In this document: piece by piece, positions 28,825 to 38,145 of the stretch
Position numbering within the stretch: the first letter of the stretch is position 1
Layout of the letters: the number at the start of each line of letters is the position of its first letter
NCBI GenBank assembly: GCA_014238415.1
Contig: JABABA010000024.1
Coordinates: 499-64,498, forward strand
Direction of reading: 5' to 3'
From: Planctomycetota bacterium
GTDB lineage: Bacteria; Planctomycetota; UBA1135; GCA-002686595
Length of the DNA: 64,000 nt
Translations under genes and position numbers: made by a program
The notes under the pieces: generated by a model
Database searches by the model: none
Seen by the model: the letters and a program-made list of their open reading frames with translations, nothing else
What the model was told of the DNA's origin: nothing

Positions 28825-30429
28825 TCATGCACCTTGCCCCGCTAGGGGCAACACCAATGTAGCGCTGAAGCCCTCTCCACTGGCACTGGTAATCTCCAGT
28901 CGGCCTCCGTGCGCCGCGGCCATGCCCTGCACCATAGCAAGACCCAAGCCCGTTCCCCTACCGGTGTCCTTGGTGGTGAAGAAGGCGTCCCCAATGCGGC
29001 CCACCAGTGCCTCGTCGATGCCGGGACCATTGTCCACAACGGCGATGCGCAAGTCACCATCACCCCTAATAACGTGGACCTCAATCAGGCCCTTGCCGGA
29101 GTCAAGACCTCCAGGCCCCTCTTCCTCCAGGGCGTCGAGGGCATTGACCAGAAGGTTCAAGAAGGCCTGGCCAAGCTCGTTGGCCTGACCCTGAATCGGC
29201 GGAAGGGATTCCAACAGAGCCAAGGCTTCGGGCATGAGTGCATCCTGGACCGCCTGGGGAGGAACGCAAAGACGCACCGCTACGCCCAGATCCTCCGCCC
29301 GGTGACGTACCAGTCCAAGAGCATCCCCCAATGGTCCCTCCAGCTGCACCAGAGTGGTGTCCGTATTCCGCGGGGCCAGGCGCAGCAATCGTCCAACAGT
29401 TCCTCGGATGCGCTCCAAGCCCGAGCCAACCAACTCAAGGTACTCCTTTCGCTTGTCCGTGGAGAGATCCTCACGACCCAGGGCCTGGGCGGCATTCATC
29501 AGACCGCTCAATGGGTTGTTGATCTCGTGAGCCACCCCCGCCGCGAGTTCGCCCGTGGCCGCCAGACGGCGTTGGGTCATGGCCGCAGCCTCTGCAGCAC
29601 GCGCCGCCCGGGTGGCCTCGTCCACCTCCCGCGCAAGGCGGTCACTGAACCCCTGCACATCATCGGCCATGGCGTCAAAGGAACGCATCAATTCGCCAAT
29701 CTCATCCCTGCGGGTGACTTGCCCAACCCGCGCCCCTAGTTCTCCACGCCCGATGCGCCGAGCAGCAGTCGCCAGCCGCTGCACAGGATTGAGGATAAGA
29801 CCACGGATCAAAGCAAAGGTTGAGAGAGTCAGCAACAGGGTGGAGGCAATGAACCAGGGCAGCAATTGACGCTGGAATCCGCCGGCCGCGTCAGAGGGCA
29901 GAGTCTGCATCCAGCAACCTCCCCAGGCGCTGCCGTCGGGAAGGACAACAGGCATGGCAACGCCCCCATAGACCGCAACCTGCTTCCGGGTCTCCGCAGC
30001 CTGACGCATGGCCAGCAGAACCCCAGCCCCATCAAAGCCGCCGTCCCTCCCTGCCGCCCCCAAGGGATTGATCTGCAACCCCAGGGCAGGGCGACTTGCC
30101 TGGGATGTAGACAACACCATCGGGACCTGGGCCAGATCGGGAAAGTGCGCGATCTGCACATCCCGGAACCACTCGTCCCAATGCTCCCACCGCAGGAGCC
30201 CCGCTGAACGCAGGTTTCCACGCGCATCGATCAGACTGCCCACCAGGGTTCCCAGCAGTTCTGCATGGGCTTGGCCCCGCTGCTCATCAAGCCCCCGCTC
30301 TGCGCTCCGTGTCCACAGAAGACCCGCCGCAAAGACCGCCAAATTGGTCAAGGCAACCAAACCGATCAGCGCCACCCTGAGGGAGATGCGTGGCTTCTGC
30401 GTCCCTGGACCTTTGACTGGGGGGCTCAC
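28825..30429 (-). CDS. sensor histidine kinase (2 TM, HAMP, HisKA, HATPase_c); no response regulator adjacent
   Basis: It has the H-box AAGVAHEINNPLSGL, the N-box LNLLVNALDAL, DNGPGI and GTGLGLAMV. The GTG start overlaps the pilC stop (GTGA). Confidence 0.9.
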   Translation of the reverse strand: MSPPVKGPGTQKPRISLRVALIGLVALTNLAVFAAGLLWTRSAERGLDEQRGQAHAELLGTLVGSLIDARGNLRSAGLLRWEHWDEWFRDVQIAHFPDLAQVPMVLSTSQASRPALGLQINPLGAAGRDGGFDGAGVLLAMRQAAETRKQVAVYGGVAMPVVLPDGSAWGGCWMQTLPSDAAGGFQRQLLPWFIASTLLLTLSTFALIRGLILNPVQRLATAARRIGRGELGARVGQVTRRDEIGELMRSFDAMADDVQGFSDRLAREVDEATRAARAAEAAAMTQRRLAATGELAAGVAHEINNPLSGLMNAAQALGREDLSTDKRKEYLELVGSGLERIRGTVGRLLRLAPRNTDTTLVQLEGPLGDALGLVRHRAEDLGVAVRLCVPPQAVQDALMPEALALLESLPPIQGQANELGQAFLNLLVNALDALEEEGPGGLDSGKGLIEVHVIRGDGDLRIAVVDNGPGIDEALVGRIGDAFFTTKDTGRGTGLGLAMVQGMAAAHGGRLEITSASGEGFSATLVLPLAGQGA

Positions 30430-31574
30430 GAAGAACTGTTGATCGAATTCATGATCTCGAGCAGGGGCATGAACAGAGCTACCACAATGAAACCAACCAC
30501 CACTGCCATCACCAACAACAGAACCGGCTCGAGGAACTTGAAGAGCGCATCGATGCGCCGGTCCAATTGGCGCTCATAGGCGTCGGCAATCTTGAGGAGC
30601 ATGCGATCGAGCTCGCCTGTTTCCTCACCCACGTCCACCATGTTGGTCACGATGTCGTCGAACAACCCGGTCTCCCCCATTGTGCGGGCGATTCCTTCTC
30701 CCTCGCGCACGGTTCGCCGAATCTCCTCGATACCATCTGCCAGCACCATGTTCGACGTAGCATCACGCACAATAGCCAAGGCATCCAGGTGAGGTACACC
30801 AGCCTCCACCAGGGTGCCGAAGGTACGCGAAAAACGGGCGATCAATGACTGTCGCATGAGCGCCCCGGAGATGGGCAATCTGAGCAAGATGCCATGGATG
30901 CGAAAGCGATAGGAATTGCTGCGCCCCATCAGGAAAATGTGCAGGATCACCAGGGCCACGGGAATACCGAAGACCAGGTACCAGCGCTGGGTGGCGATCT
31001 CGCTCACATCCAAGAGCACCTGAGTTGTATCCGGAAGAGTGACGTCGAAGGAATCGAAGATCTCCTGGAAGCGCGGGATGACGAAGACGATCACTGCCGC
31101 CACCACACCCGTGGCCACAAAAGTCAGAATGGCCGGATAGATCATCGCGTTGACGATCTTGCCCTGGATCTCGGCGGCTTTCTCGCGGAAGGCGGCCAGA
31201 CGCACAAGGATGCGGTCGAGAATGCCCGCCGATTCTCCGGCACGCACCATGGCCGAGAACAAATCGTCAAAGCAGCGCGGATGTTTGGCCATGGCCTCGG
31301 AAAGGGGCGCGCCTCCTGAGACATCCTCGGTAATCTCGGCCAGCAGAGCCTTGAAAGGACCCGGCTTGGTCTGACCCTCAAGAATCGTCAAGGCCTTGAC
31401 CACTGGAATACCTGCTTCCGACAGGGTTGCCAACTGAACAGTGAAGTCAGTCACCAGTTGAGCGCGGATGCGTCCACCCCGGCCCTTGGAAGTGGCCGCT
31501 CCCGCAGCGCCACCACCACCGGATCCCTTGGCCCGGCCACCAGCCGGGATGCTACGTTGAATTTTCTTGGCCAT
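30426..31574 (-). CDS. pilC: type IV pilus / T2SS platform protein (GspF/PilC family)
   Basis: It has two T2SSF repeats, 3 TM helices and the characteristic C-terminal ...FMPLLEIMNSI. I set the start at ATG 31574 (MAKKIQRS). Confidence 0.9.
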   Translation of the reverse strand: MAKKIQRSIPAGGRAKGSGGGGAAGAATSKGRGGRIRAQLVTDFTVQLATLSEAGIPVVKALTILEGQTKPGPFKALLAEITEDVSGGAPLSEAMAKHPRCFDDLFSAMVRAGESAGILDRILVRLAAFREKAAEIQGKIVNAMIYPAILTFVATGVVAAVIVFVIPRFQEIFDSFDVTLPDTTQVLLDVSEIATQRWYLVFGIPVALVILHIFLMGRSNSYRFRIHGILLRLPISGALMRQSLIARFSRTFGTLVEAGVPHLDALAIVRDATSNMVLADGIEEIRRTVREGEGIARTMGETGLFDDIVTNMVDVGEETGELDRMLLKIADAYERQLDRRIDALFKFLEPVLLLVMAVVVGFIVVALFMPLLEIMNSINSSS

Positions 31575-31661
31575 CTTGAGGAAACAGAGGGTACCCGCCG
31601 ACCCCACCCAGGTCACGCGGAGTGCCCCTGCGATCCAGGAAAATGGCCTGGGCCCCAGAAC

Positions 31662-33350
31662 TCAAAGCTGGGTCTCGCGCAGGACCTCTTCCACGGTAGT
31701 CCGACCGGCGGCCACCATGTCCAAACCCGCCTCGCGCAGGGTGCGCATCCCGCGGCCAATGGCCATCTGACGCAGGGCCTCGGAAGAAGCCCCCTCCTGG
31801 ATCAAACTACGCAACTCGTCATCAAGAAGCAGGATCTCGAAGATCCCTGTGCGCCCCTTGTAGCCCGTGTGATGGCAGGCAACGCAACCTCGACCATGAA
31901 CGATCTTGCGGCCTTCAATGCGCCGTGCATCAGGGCCCAGCTCACGCAGGACCTCCTCGTCTGGCTCCATCTCCACCTGACAGGCCTCACAGACTGTGCG
32001 CAACAGCCGCTGGGCCGCCACCGCCTCAAGAGTCGCGGTCAAGAGGAAAGGTTCAATGCCCATATCCATGAGACGGGCCACGGTAGAAGTGGAGTCATTG
32101 GTATGCACCGTGGCAAAAACCGTATGGCCTGTCAGGCTGGCTTCCACAGCAATGGCGGCGGTCTCCTGGTCGCGAATCTCCCCCACCAGAATCTTGTCTG
32201 GATCCTGACGCAGGATCGAGCGTAACACCGAGGCATAGGTCACCCCGATATCATCGTGAATGGGCACCTGCACGATTCCCTCGATGTCGTACTCAACCGG
32301 GTCCTCAACCGTGATTATCTTCACATCGGGCTCGTTGGCTTCGCTGAGCATGCCGTAGAGAGTCGTGGTCTTGCCCGAGCCAGTAGGCCCGGTAACCAAC
32401 ACGATTCCGTGGGGCAAGCGGGTCAAGGCCCTGAGGGTAGCCTCATCTACTTCAGGCAGACCCAATGCGGCCAGGTTCAAGTTCACAGCCGAGCGATCGA
32501 GGATTCGCAGCACCGCCCCTTCCCCCGCCAGACCTGGCATTGTGGCCACGCGCAGGTCCACGGGCCGACCATCGATCGACAGCTCGATGCGACCGTCCTG
32601 GGGCAGACGGATCTCGGTTATGTCCAAGTCCGCCATGACCTTGATACGCGAAACCAAAGGGACCGCCAGGTGGCGAGGAGGACTCTCAACCTCGTAGAGC
32701 GATCCGTCCACCCTGTAGCGAATGCGAAAGGCCTCATCAAAGGTCTCGAAATGAATATCACTGGCGCGGTCCTTGATTGCTCGGTGCAGGATCGAGTTCA
32801 GAAGACGCACCACGGGCTTGGATTGGGCAGCCGCTTCGGGGTCGGAAGCATCAACTCCCTTGGCCGCGGCCAACACATCCGAGAGAGACTCTTCCGCCCC
32901 GTAGCACTCAAGCACCTTGGCCCTCAGGCTATCCGGATCCGCCAGTACCCCGCGCACAGGTGAACCAACCGTAAAGGACAGATCATCAAGCACCGCCTGA
33001 TTTTGTGGATCCGCCAGAGCTACCACCAAGGTGCCACCATCCAGTTCAACCGGCAGCACTCCAAAGGTGTGGGCAGTGCTCTTGTCAACCAGTGCCAATG
33101 CGTCCTGATCAAGATCCACGCTGGCCAGATCGACACTATGCAGGCCGGACTGTTGCGCCAGGGCACGGGTCACCGCCGGGGCCGAAGTAGCTCCCATTGC
33201 CACCAGGATCTGCCCGAGCAACCCACCCTGCTGACGCTGCTCGGTCAGACTGCGCTGAATCTCCGATTCCTTGACCTCTCCCTGGGCCTTCAGAATCTGG
33301 CCCAAGAGCTGGCGCCCGGTTGCAGGGCCATTGCCATCCCCTGGGCTCAC
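31662..33350 (-). CDS. pilB: type IV pilus assembly ATPase (PilB/GspE family) with N-terminal MshEN-like domain
   Basis: It has Walker A GPTGSGKTTTLY, Walker B/Asp box KILVGEIRDQETA and a tetracysteine C-domain (CEACQ...CVACHHTGYKGR). The GTG start overlaps the pilT stop. Confidence 0.9.
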   Translation of the reverse strand: MSPGDGNGPATGRQLLGQILKAQGEVKESEIQRSLTEQRQQGGLLGQILVAMGATSAPAVTRALAQQSGLHSVDLASVDLDQDALALVDKSTAHTFGVLPVELDGGTLVVALADPQNQAVLDDLSFTVGSPVRGVLADPDSLRAKVLECYGAEESLSDVLAAAKGVDASDPEAAAQSKPVVRLLNSILHRAIKDRASDIHFETFDEAFRIRYRVDGSLYEVESPPRHLAVPLVSRIKVMADLDITEIRLPQDGRIELSIDGRPVDLRVATMPGLAGEGAVLRILDRSAVNLNLAALGLPEVDEATLRALTRLPHGIVLVTGPTGSGKTTTLYGMLSEANEPDVKIITVEDPVEYDIEGIVQVPIHDDIGVTYASVLRSILRQDPDKILVGEIRDQETAAIAVEASLTGHTVFATVHTNDSTSTVARLMDMGIEPFLLTATLEAVAAQRLLRTVCEACQVEMEPDEEVLRELGPDARRIEGRKIVHGRGCVACHHTGYKGRTGIFEILLLDDELRSLIQEGASSEALRQMAIGRGMRTLREAGLDMVAAGRTTVEEVLRETQL

Positions 33351-34396
33351 AGACGCGCCTCCAGCTCTTTCGAACTCTGAGCATAATCCAGGGCGGTGCG
33401 CGGGGTGATGTTGCCCGACTTGGCCAGCTCAAGCAGATGATCGTCCAGGGTCATCATGCCCATGCGCCGACTGGTCTGCAGGGTGCTCTGGATCTTGTTG
33501 GTTTCGTTCTTGCGAATCAGATTGGAAATCGCGGGATTGTTGATCATCACCTCAAAACCCGCCACGCGCCCCTTGCCACTGGCGTGAGGCATCAGCACCT
33601 GACTGACTACTGCTACCAGAGACACGGACAACTGGGCACGAATCTGCTCCTGCTGGTTGGCGGGGAAAGCGTCAATCATGCGGTTGACGGTGCGTGCACT
33701 GCCCGTTGTGTGCAGGGTGCCAAAGACCAGGTGCCCCGTTTCCGCAGCGGTGATAGCCGAGGAGATAGTCTCCAGATCGCGCATCTCCCCCAACAGGATC
33801 ACATCCGGATCCTGACGCAGCACCCGGCGCATGGCTTCGGGAAAATCGGGCACATCGCTGCCCACCTCACGCTGGGTCACGAGCCCGCGCTTGTGACTGT
33901 GATAGAACTCGATAGGATCCTCGATGGTCACAATGTGCCGATCAAGGTTGATGTTGATCCAATCAATCATGGTGGCCAAGGTGGTGGACTTGCCGGAGCC
34001 AGTCGGGCCTGTAACCAGAACCAGGCCACGAGGCCGCCGCAGGAGTTCCTGCACTGTCTCTGGCAGGCCAATCTGATCAAATGTCAGCAACTCATTTGGG
34101 ATCAGCCGCAGGATCGCAGTGTAGCGCCCGCGCTGACGCATACAGCTAACCCGAAAGCGGTTGCCTGAACTGTGCGCCAGTCCGATATCCGTGGTGCCCA
34201 CCTCCTCCAGCTCCGCCCAGTGACGCTCATCACAGAGCTCCTTGCAGAGAGCAAGGGTATTTTCGTCACTCAAGTCCCCTTCCTCCAAGTGAATCAACTT
34301 GCCATCTACCCTGCCCACAGGCGGCCGCCCCGGATTGAGGTGCAGGTCCGATGCGTTCATCTCGATGGCGAGGGTCATGAGGTCGGTGGCTTTCAT
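33347..34396 (-). CDS. pilT: twitching-motility retraction ATPase
   Basis: It has GPTGSGKSTTLA, ILLGEMRD and a PilT AIRNLIRE-type motif (AISNLIRKNE). The length from ATG 34396 is 349 aa, typical for PilT. Confidence 0.92.
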   Translation of the reverse strand: MKATDLMTLAIEMNASDLHLNPGRPPVGRVDGKLIHLEEGDLSDENTLALCKELCDERHWAELEEVGTTDIGLAHSSGNRFRVSCMRQRGRYTAILRLIPNELLTFDQIGLPETVQELLRRPRGLVLVTGPTGSGKSTTLATMIDWININLDRHIVTIEDPIEFYHSHKRGLVTQREVGSDVPDFPEAMRRVLRQDPDVILLGEMRDLETISSAITAAETGHLVFGTLHTTGSARTVNRMIDAFPANQQEQIRAQLSVSLVAVVSQVLMPHASGKGRVAGFEVMINNPAISNLIRKNETNKIQSTLQTSRRMGMMTLDDHLLELAKSGNITPRTALDYAQSSKELEARL

Positions 34397-34427
34397 GTCT
34401 AGCTGGGCAAATTGGTGTGAGTGATGA

Positions 34428-36107
34428 TCAAATGGACTCCAAGCCCGCCGCGTGGGCAGCGCGGGAAACACGCAGAACTTCTGAGAGGCTGGTGACTCCG
34501 TCAAGGGCTTTCAGGGCCCCGTCTACCGCCAGCTTCTGCAAACTTCCAGACCCCACCGCTGCGTTCTCGATGCTGGCCAGACTTTCCCCCCTGAAGACCA
34601 TGTCCCGCAGGGTGCTCTCCAAAGTCAGGGTTTCATAGAGAGCCACGCGACCGCGATAACCGTTGCCCTCGCAGGCGGTGCAACCCCGAGGCTTACGTAG
34701 CTTGCGCCCCTTGTGGGCTGCACTGTCCAGCCCCAATACCTGCCACTCGCTGTCGGTGGGATCATACTCCTCCGAACATTGGGTACAGAGTCGTCGCACG
34801 AGTCGCTGACCCAACACCGCATTGACGCTGGCAGAGACCAAGAAGGGCTTGACCCCCAGATCCACCAGACGCGTCAAGGCGCTGGTAGCATCGTTGGTGT
34901 GCAGGGTTGAAAACACCAGGTGCCCGGTCAAGGACGCCTGAATCGCAATCTCTGCGGTCTCCAAGTCACGTATCTCGCCCACCAGAATCACATTCGGAGC
35001 ACAACGCAGCATTGCCCTCAGAATGCGCGAGAAGGTCAAACCGATACGCGGGGCGACCTGAACCTGATTGACCCCGGACAGGTGATATTCCACGGGATCC
35101 TCGGCCGTGATGATCTTCACATCGGAGCGATTCAGTTCTGCCAGTGCAGCGTAGAGGGTCGTGGTCTTGCCCGAACCCGTAGGGCCTGTGACCAACACGA
35201 TCCCACTCGGTCGAGCGATTGTATTGCGGAACCAGCTGAGCTGCTGGGTTCCAAAACCCAGGTCCGACAGGGGAATCAGGTTGGCCGAGCGATCGAGCAA
35301 GCGCATGACCATGGTCTCCCCGTGATTCGAAGGCAACACGCTGGCACGCACATCCACATCCCGTCCACCGAGCTTGAGACTGATACGGCCATCCTGGGGC
35401 TTGCGCTTCTCGGCGATGTCCATGCGCGCCATGATCTTGAGGCGTGACAGCAATGGCGCCGAAAGGTGCCCGGGATGTTCCGCCACATCTCGCAGCATGC
35501 CATCAACACGAAAGCGCACACGCAGGCGGCCGTGGCCCGGCTCAACATGAATGTCACTGGCACGCTCAGCCAATGCATCCTGGAAGGTGCGTGTCACCAG
35601 GCGCACGATAGGCGCGTCGTTCCCCTCGTCTTCGGCACCCACTCCCATGCCGCTGGCCACTGCCAACTCGGCGCCTTCATCGGCGGGAGCGCCATAGTTC
35701 TTGGTCAAGGCCTCGGCCAGAGCCGATGGGGTTGCCAGTGCGCAAGCAATTTCGCGACCCAGAAGAAACTCCAATTGCTCTGCAAGAATACGCTTGAGAG
35801 GATCGTCCACAGCCACCACCAGCTTGCCTCCCTTCTCCATCAAGGGCATGACCCCCTGATCGATGGCAATTTCAGCCGGCACCAGAGCCACGATCTCAGG
35901 GGATATGCGCCCGCGCGAGAGATCGACGAAGGGCATTCCCGCGCTTTTCGCAGAAACCCGATAGACCTTCTCCGCGGGTGCCAGGTCGAGCTCCAAGACC
36001 GCCTCCACGATGCCCAATTCACGACCGCGTTGGTGTGCCTGAGCCTTACGCAAGTCCTGCTCGGACAGCACACCGCCATCCACGAGTGCTTGACCGAGGT
36101 CAGCCAC
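34428..36107 (-). CDS. second GspE/PilB-family secretion ATPase
   Basis: It has an N-terminal T2SSE_N-like domain, GPTGSGKTTTLYA, VILVGEIRDLETA and the tetracysteine CTQCSEE...CTACEGNGYRGR. It has a GTG start. Confidence 0.9.
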   Translation of the reverse strand: MADLGQALVDGGVLSEQDLRKAQAHQRGRELGIVEAVLELDLAPAEKVYRVSAKSAGMPFVDLSRGRISPEIVALVPAEIAIDQGVMPLMEKGGKLVVAVDDPLKRILAEQLEFLLGREIACALATPSALAEALTKNYGAPADEGAELAVASGMGVGAEDEGNDAPIVRLVTRTFQDALAERASDIHVEPGHGRLRVRFRVDGMLRDVAEHPGHLSAPLLSRLKIMARMDIAEKRKPQDGRISLKLGGRDVDVRASVLPSNHGETMVMRLLDRSANLIPLSDLGFGTQQLSWFRNTIARPSGIVLVTGPTGSGKTTTLYAALAELNRSDVKIITAEDPVEYHLSGVNQVQVAPRIGLTFSRILRAMLRCAPNVILVGEIRDLETAEIAIQASLTGHLVFSTLHTNDATSALTRLVDLGVKPFLVSASVNAVLGQRLVRRLCTQCSEEYDPTDSEWQVLGLDSAAHKGRKLRKPRGCTACEGNGYRGRVALYETLTLESTLRDMVFRGESLASIENAAVGSGSLQKLAVDGALKALDGVTSLSEVLRVSRAAHAAGLESI

Positions 36108-36249
36108 GGACTCTCCACGGGTGATCTTGCCTGTGCATTCTCATCAAGGACGTGAGCTAAGGCCCACGGGGAGCAGAGTAACCGGGGAGGTCCTGGTTTC
36201 CTCCCGAGAAAATCACCCCGTGGAGCCCCAGCCCCCAACAGGACAACCC

Positions 36250-36297
36250 CAAGCAAGAGAAAATGCCCGGCCCGAGCTTTTGCTCAGGCCGGGCATT
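36250..36297 (-). terminator. rho-independent terminator of the DUF1573 gene
   Basis: There is a 15-bp interrupted stem (36262-36277 / 36282-36297, one mismatch) with a tttt loop. On the minus strand it is followed by TTCTCTTGCTT. It starts about 50 nt after the stop at 36346. Confidence 0.7.
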
Positions 36298-36345
36298 CCC
36301 TGGTCAGAGGGCCGTGGAGGCCCGTGAAACAAAGTCCCTTCAGAC

Positions 36346-37908
36346 TCAGCGACCCCCGCGCACGACTCCCGCGCGGCAGACTCCACTGAAGTGCACTTCC
36401 ATGGTTTGCTTGGTGGGGTGGCCCGTGTGAATCACCAGCAGCCCCCGGAAGGAACCGTCGGCGCCATCGGGCAGACCCTCGAGGCGCAGCTCCACGTCCA
36501 CGCCGTTGATACCCTGGGCGGGACGCACGGTACTGGAGAAGTGCTCGGCCCAGCGCAGGGGCGTACCACCGTCTCCCTTGACCTCGATTGTCATGGTCTT
36601 CGGATCGAACTTGAAGTCCGTGTCGTGGCTGATCAGCTTGACGGTTCGAGGCACCACCTGACCGGGGCGCACAAGACCCATGGACAGGAACTGAGGCGTG
36701 CAAGTCATGGCCCCCAGGATGCGGCCGGTGACCGCCACATTGACCTGGTACTTTGAACTGACCTGGTGTGTGGGAAGCACCTTGCCTTCATCGTCCTTGC
36801 CCCCATGCTCCTCGTTGTGCTTGTGCGCCGCATTCTTCTTCTCGATCTCTGTAGCATCCGGGCGGGCATAGTCAGTACTCAGGCGGATCTGGTAGCCGAT
36901 ATTGCCTTCTACGGCATCGGCGCCCACATTAACCTCGACCTTCCAGTGCGCTGAACGGCCTTCTTCATCCGGCGCTACCGGAGAGAGGGTCACATCAAGA
37001 CCCGGAGGACGAACGAGGCCGGGACGCTCGTCAAGGGTCAGGAAGACCTTGGCCCCACGAGTTGTGCGCACGTCAACAAACTGGGTTCGCGTGGATCCCT
37101 GGGGAATATCCCCCATCTGAAGGATTGTGGGCGTTGCTTGGATGAACTGCTCCACATTGGCCATCAAGGTCAACGAGCTGACGCGCACGGGGTCATTAGT
37201 GGTCACGTTGACCCGCACCTGGGTCGCGTTCTTCTTGTTGGCGGTGTTCATGCGCGCAGAGATCTCGAGCTTTCTTCCAGGCTCGATCGGATCACCGTAG
37301 ACATATGGCACAAGATCTCCAGAAGGACCCTCAACCAGGACCTCGCTCAAGGTGCAACCGCAAGTGGGCGCAACCTGGCCGATGATCAAAGGCGCACTGC
37401 CCCCAGCGGCCATCTGAAAAGTGTGCAGCAGAATGTCCCCTTGCTGAGCCCGACCAAAATCATGGCGATCAGTGCCGAATTCAATCTCCAGCTTGGCGTT
37501 GGGGTCCACCGCGACCTCAGGGACAACACCGCGAGCGCCCTTGGTGCTCGCGCCTTTGCCAGCGGCACCCTTGAGGGGATAGCCATCTTCGCCCAGACCA
37601 GCAGCGGCGTACTTGGCCTTGCGCTTGATGTAGTCCTTGTCGTTTGGATCAAGAGGCTTGGCGCTGGGCTTGCCCTGCTGGCTCGGAGAGCCTTCATCGG
37701 CCTGCTTCTTGACCTTCGCCTTGGCCTCCCTCTTCCTGGCTTCAGGATCATTGACGACAGGCTTGGGGGTTGCAGGCTTGCTCCTGGCCTGGGGGACCTG
37801 ACGGGGCTTAGGGGGAGTGCGGTCCTGGGCTGCTTGGGCAGCAGCAGGAAGCAAGATGAAGAGCAGAGCCGGAGCAGTGGCTGCCAGCGCGATGCGGCGA
37901 AGATCCAT
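36346..37908 (-). CDS. large secreted DUF1573-domain protein with Lys/Pro-rich N-terminal region
   Basis: ATG 37908 gives the signal peptide MDLRRIALAATAPALLFILLPAAAQA. The DUF1573 signature is FGTDRHDFGRAQQGDILLHTFQM...GSAPLIIGQVAPTCGCT, followed by further Ig-like segments. Confidence 0.8.
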   Translation of the reverse strand: MDLRRIALAATAPALLFILLPAAAQAAQDRTPPKPRQVPQARSKPATPKPVVNDPEARKREAKAKVKKQADEGSPSQQGKPSAKPLDPNDKDYIKRKAKYAAAGLGEDGYPLKGAAGKGASTKGARGVVPEVAVDPNAKLEIEFGTDRHDFGRAQQGDILLHTFQMAAGGSAPLIIGQVAPTCGCTLSEVLVEGPSGDLVPYVYGDPIEPGRKLEISARMNTANKKNATQVRVNVTTNDPVRVSSLTLMANVEQFIQATPTILQMGDIPQGSTRTQFVDVRTTRGAKVFLTLDERPGLVRPPGLDVTLSPVAPDEEGRSAHWKVEVNVGADAVEGNIGYQIRLSTDYARPDATEIEKKNAAHKHNEEHGGKDDEGKVLPTHQVSSKYQVNVAVTGRILGAMTCTPQFLSMGLVRPGQVVPRTVKLISHDTDFKFDPKTMTIEVKGDGGTPLRWAEHFSSTVRPAQGINGVDVELRLEGLPDGADGSFRGLLVIHTGHPTKQTMEVHFSGVCRAGVVRGGR

Positions 37909-38145
37909 GATGAATTCGATGTTCAAGAGGTTTGAATGTGCGTTTCAGAGGCCTTGGGGCCGCAGAGAGCCTCAGAGGGTAACTGAGAAGGGATGCCGGG
38001 GTGTCGGATGGTGTGATTCGCGGTCTGGGAGCAGTACGCTTGGGGGAGGAACCTGTGAGCAGGCAGGTGGAAAAGCGGGTCCAGGAGGTGGTCTATCGGT
38101 GACAGGCCTGGTCTGAATCCCTGCTGTGGCCCCAAGGAGGGTGAA

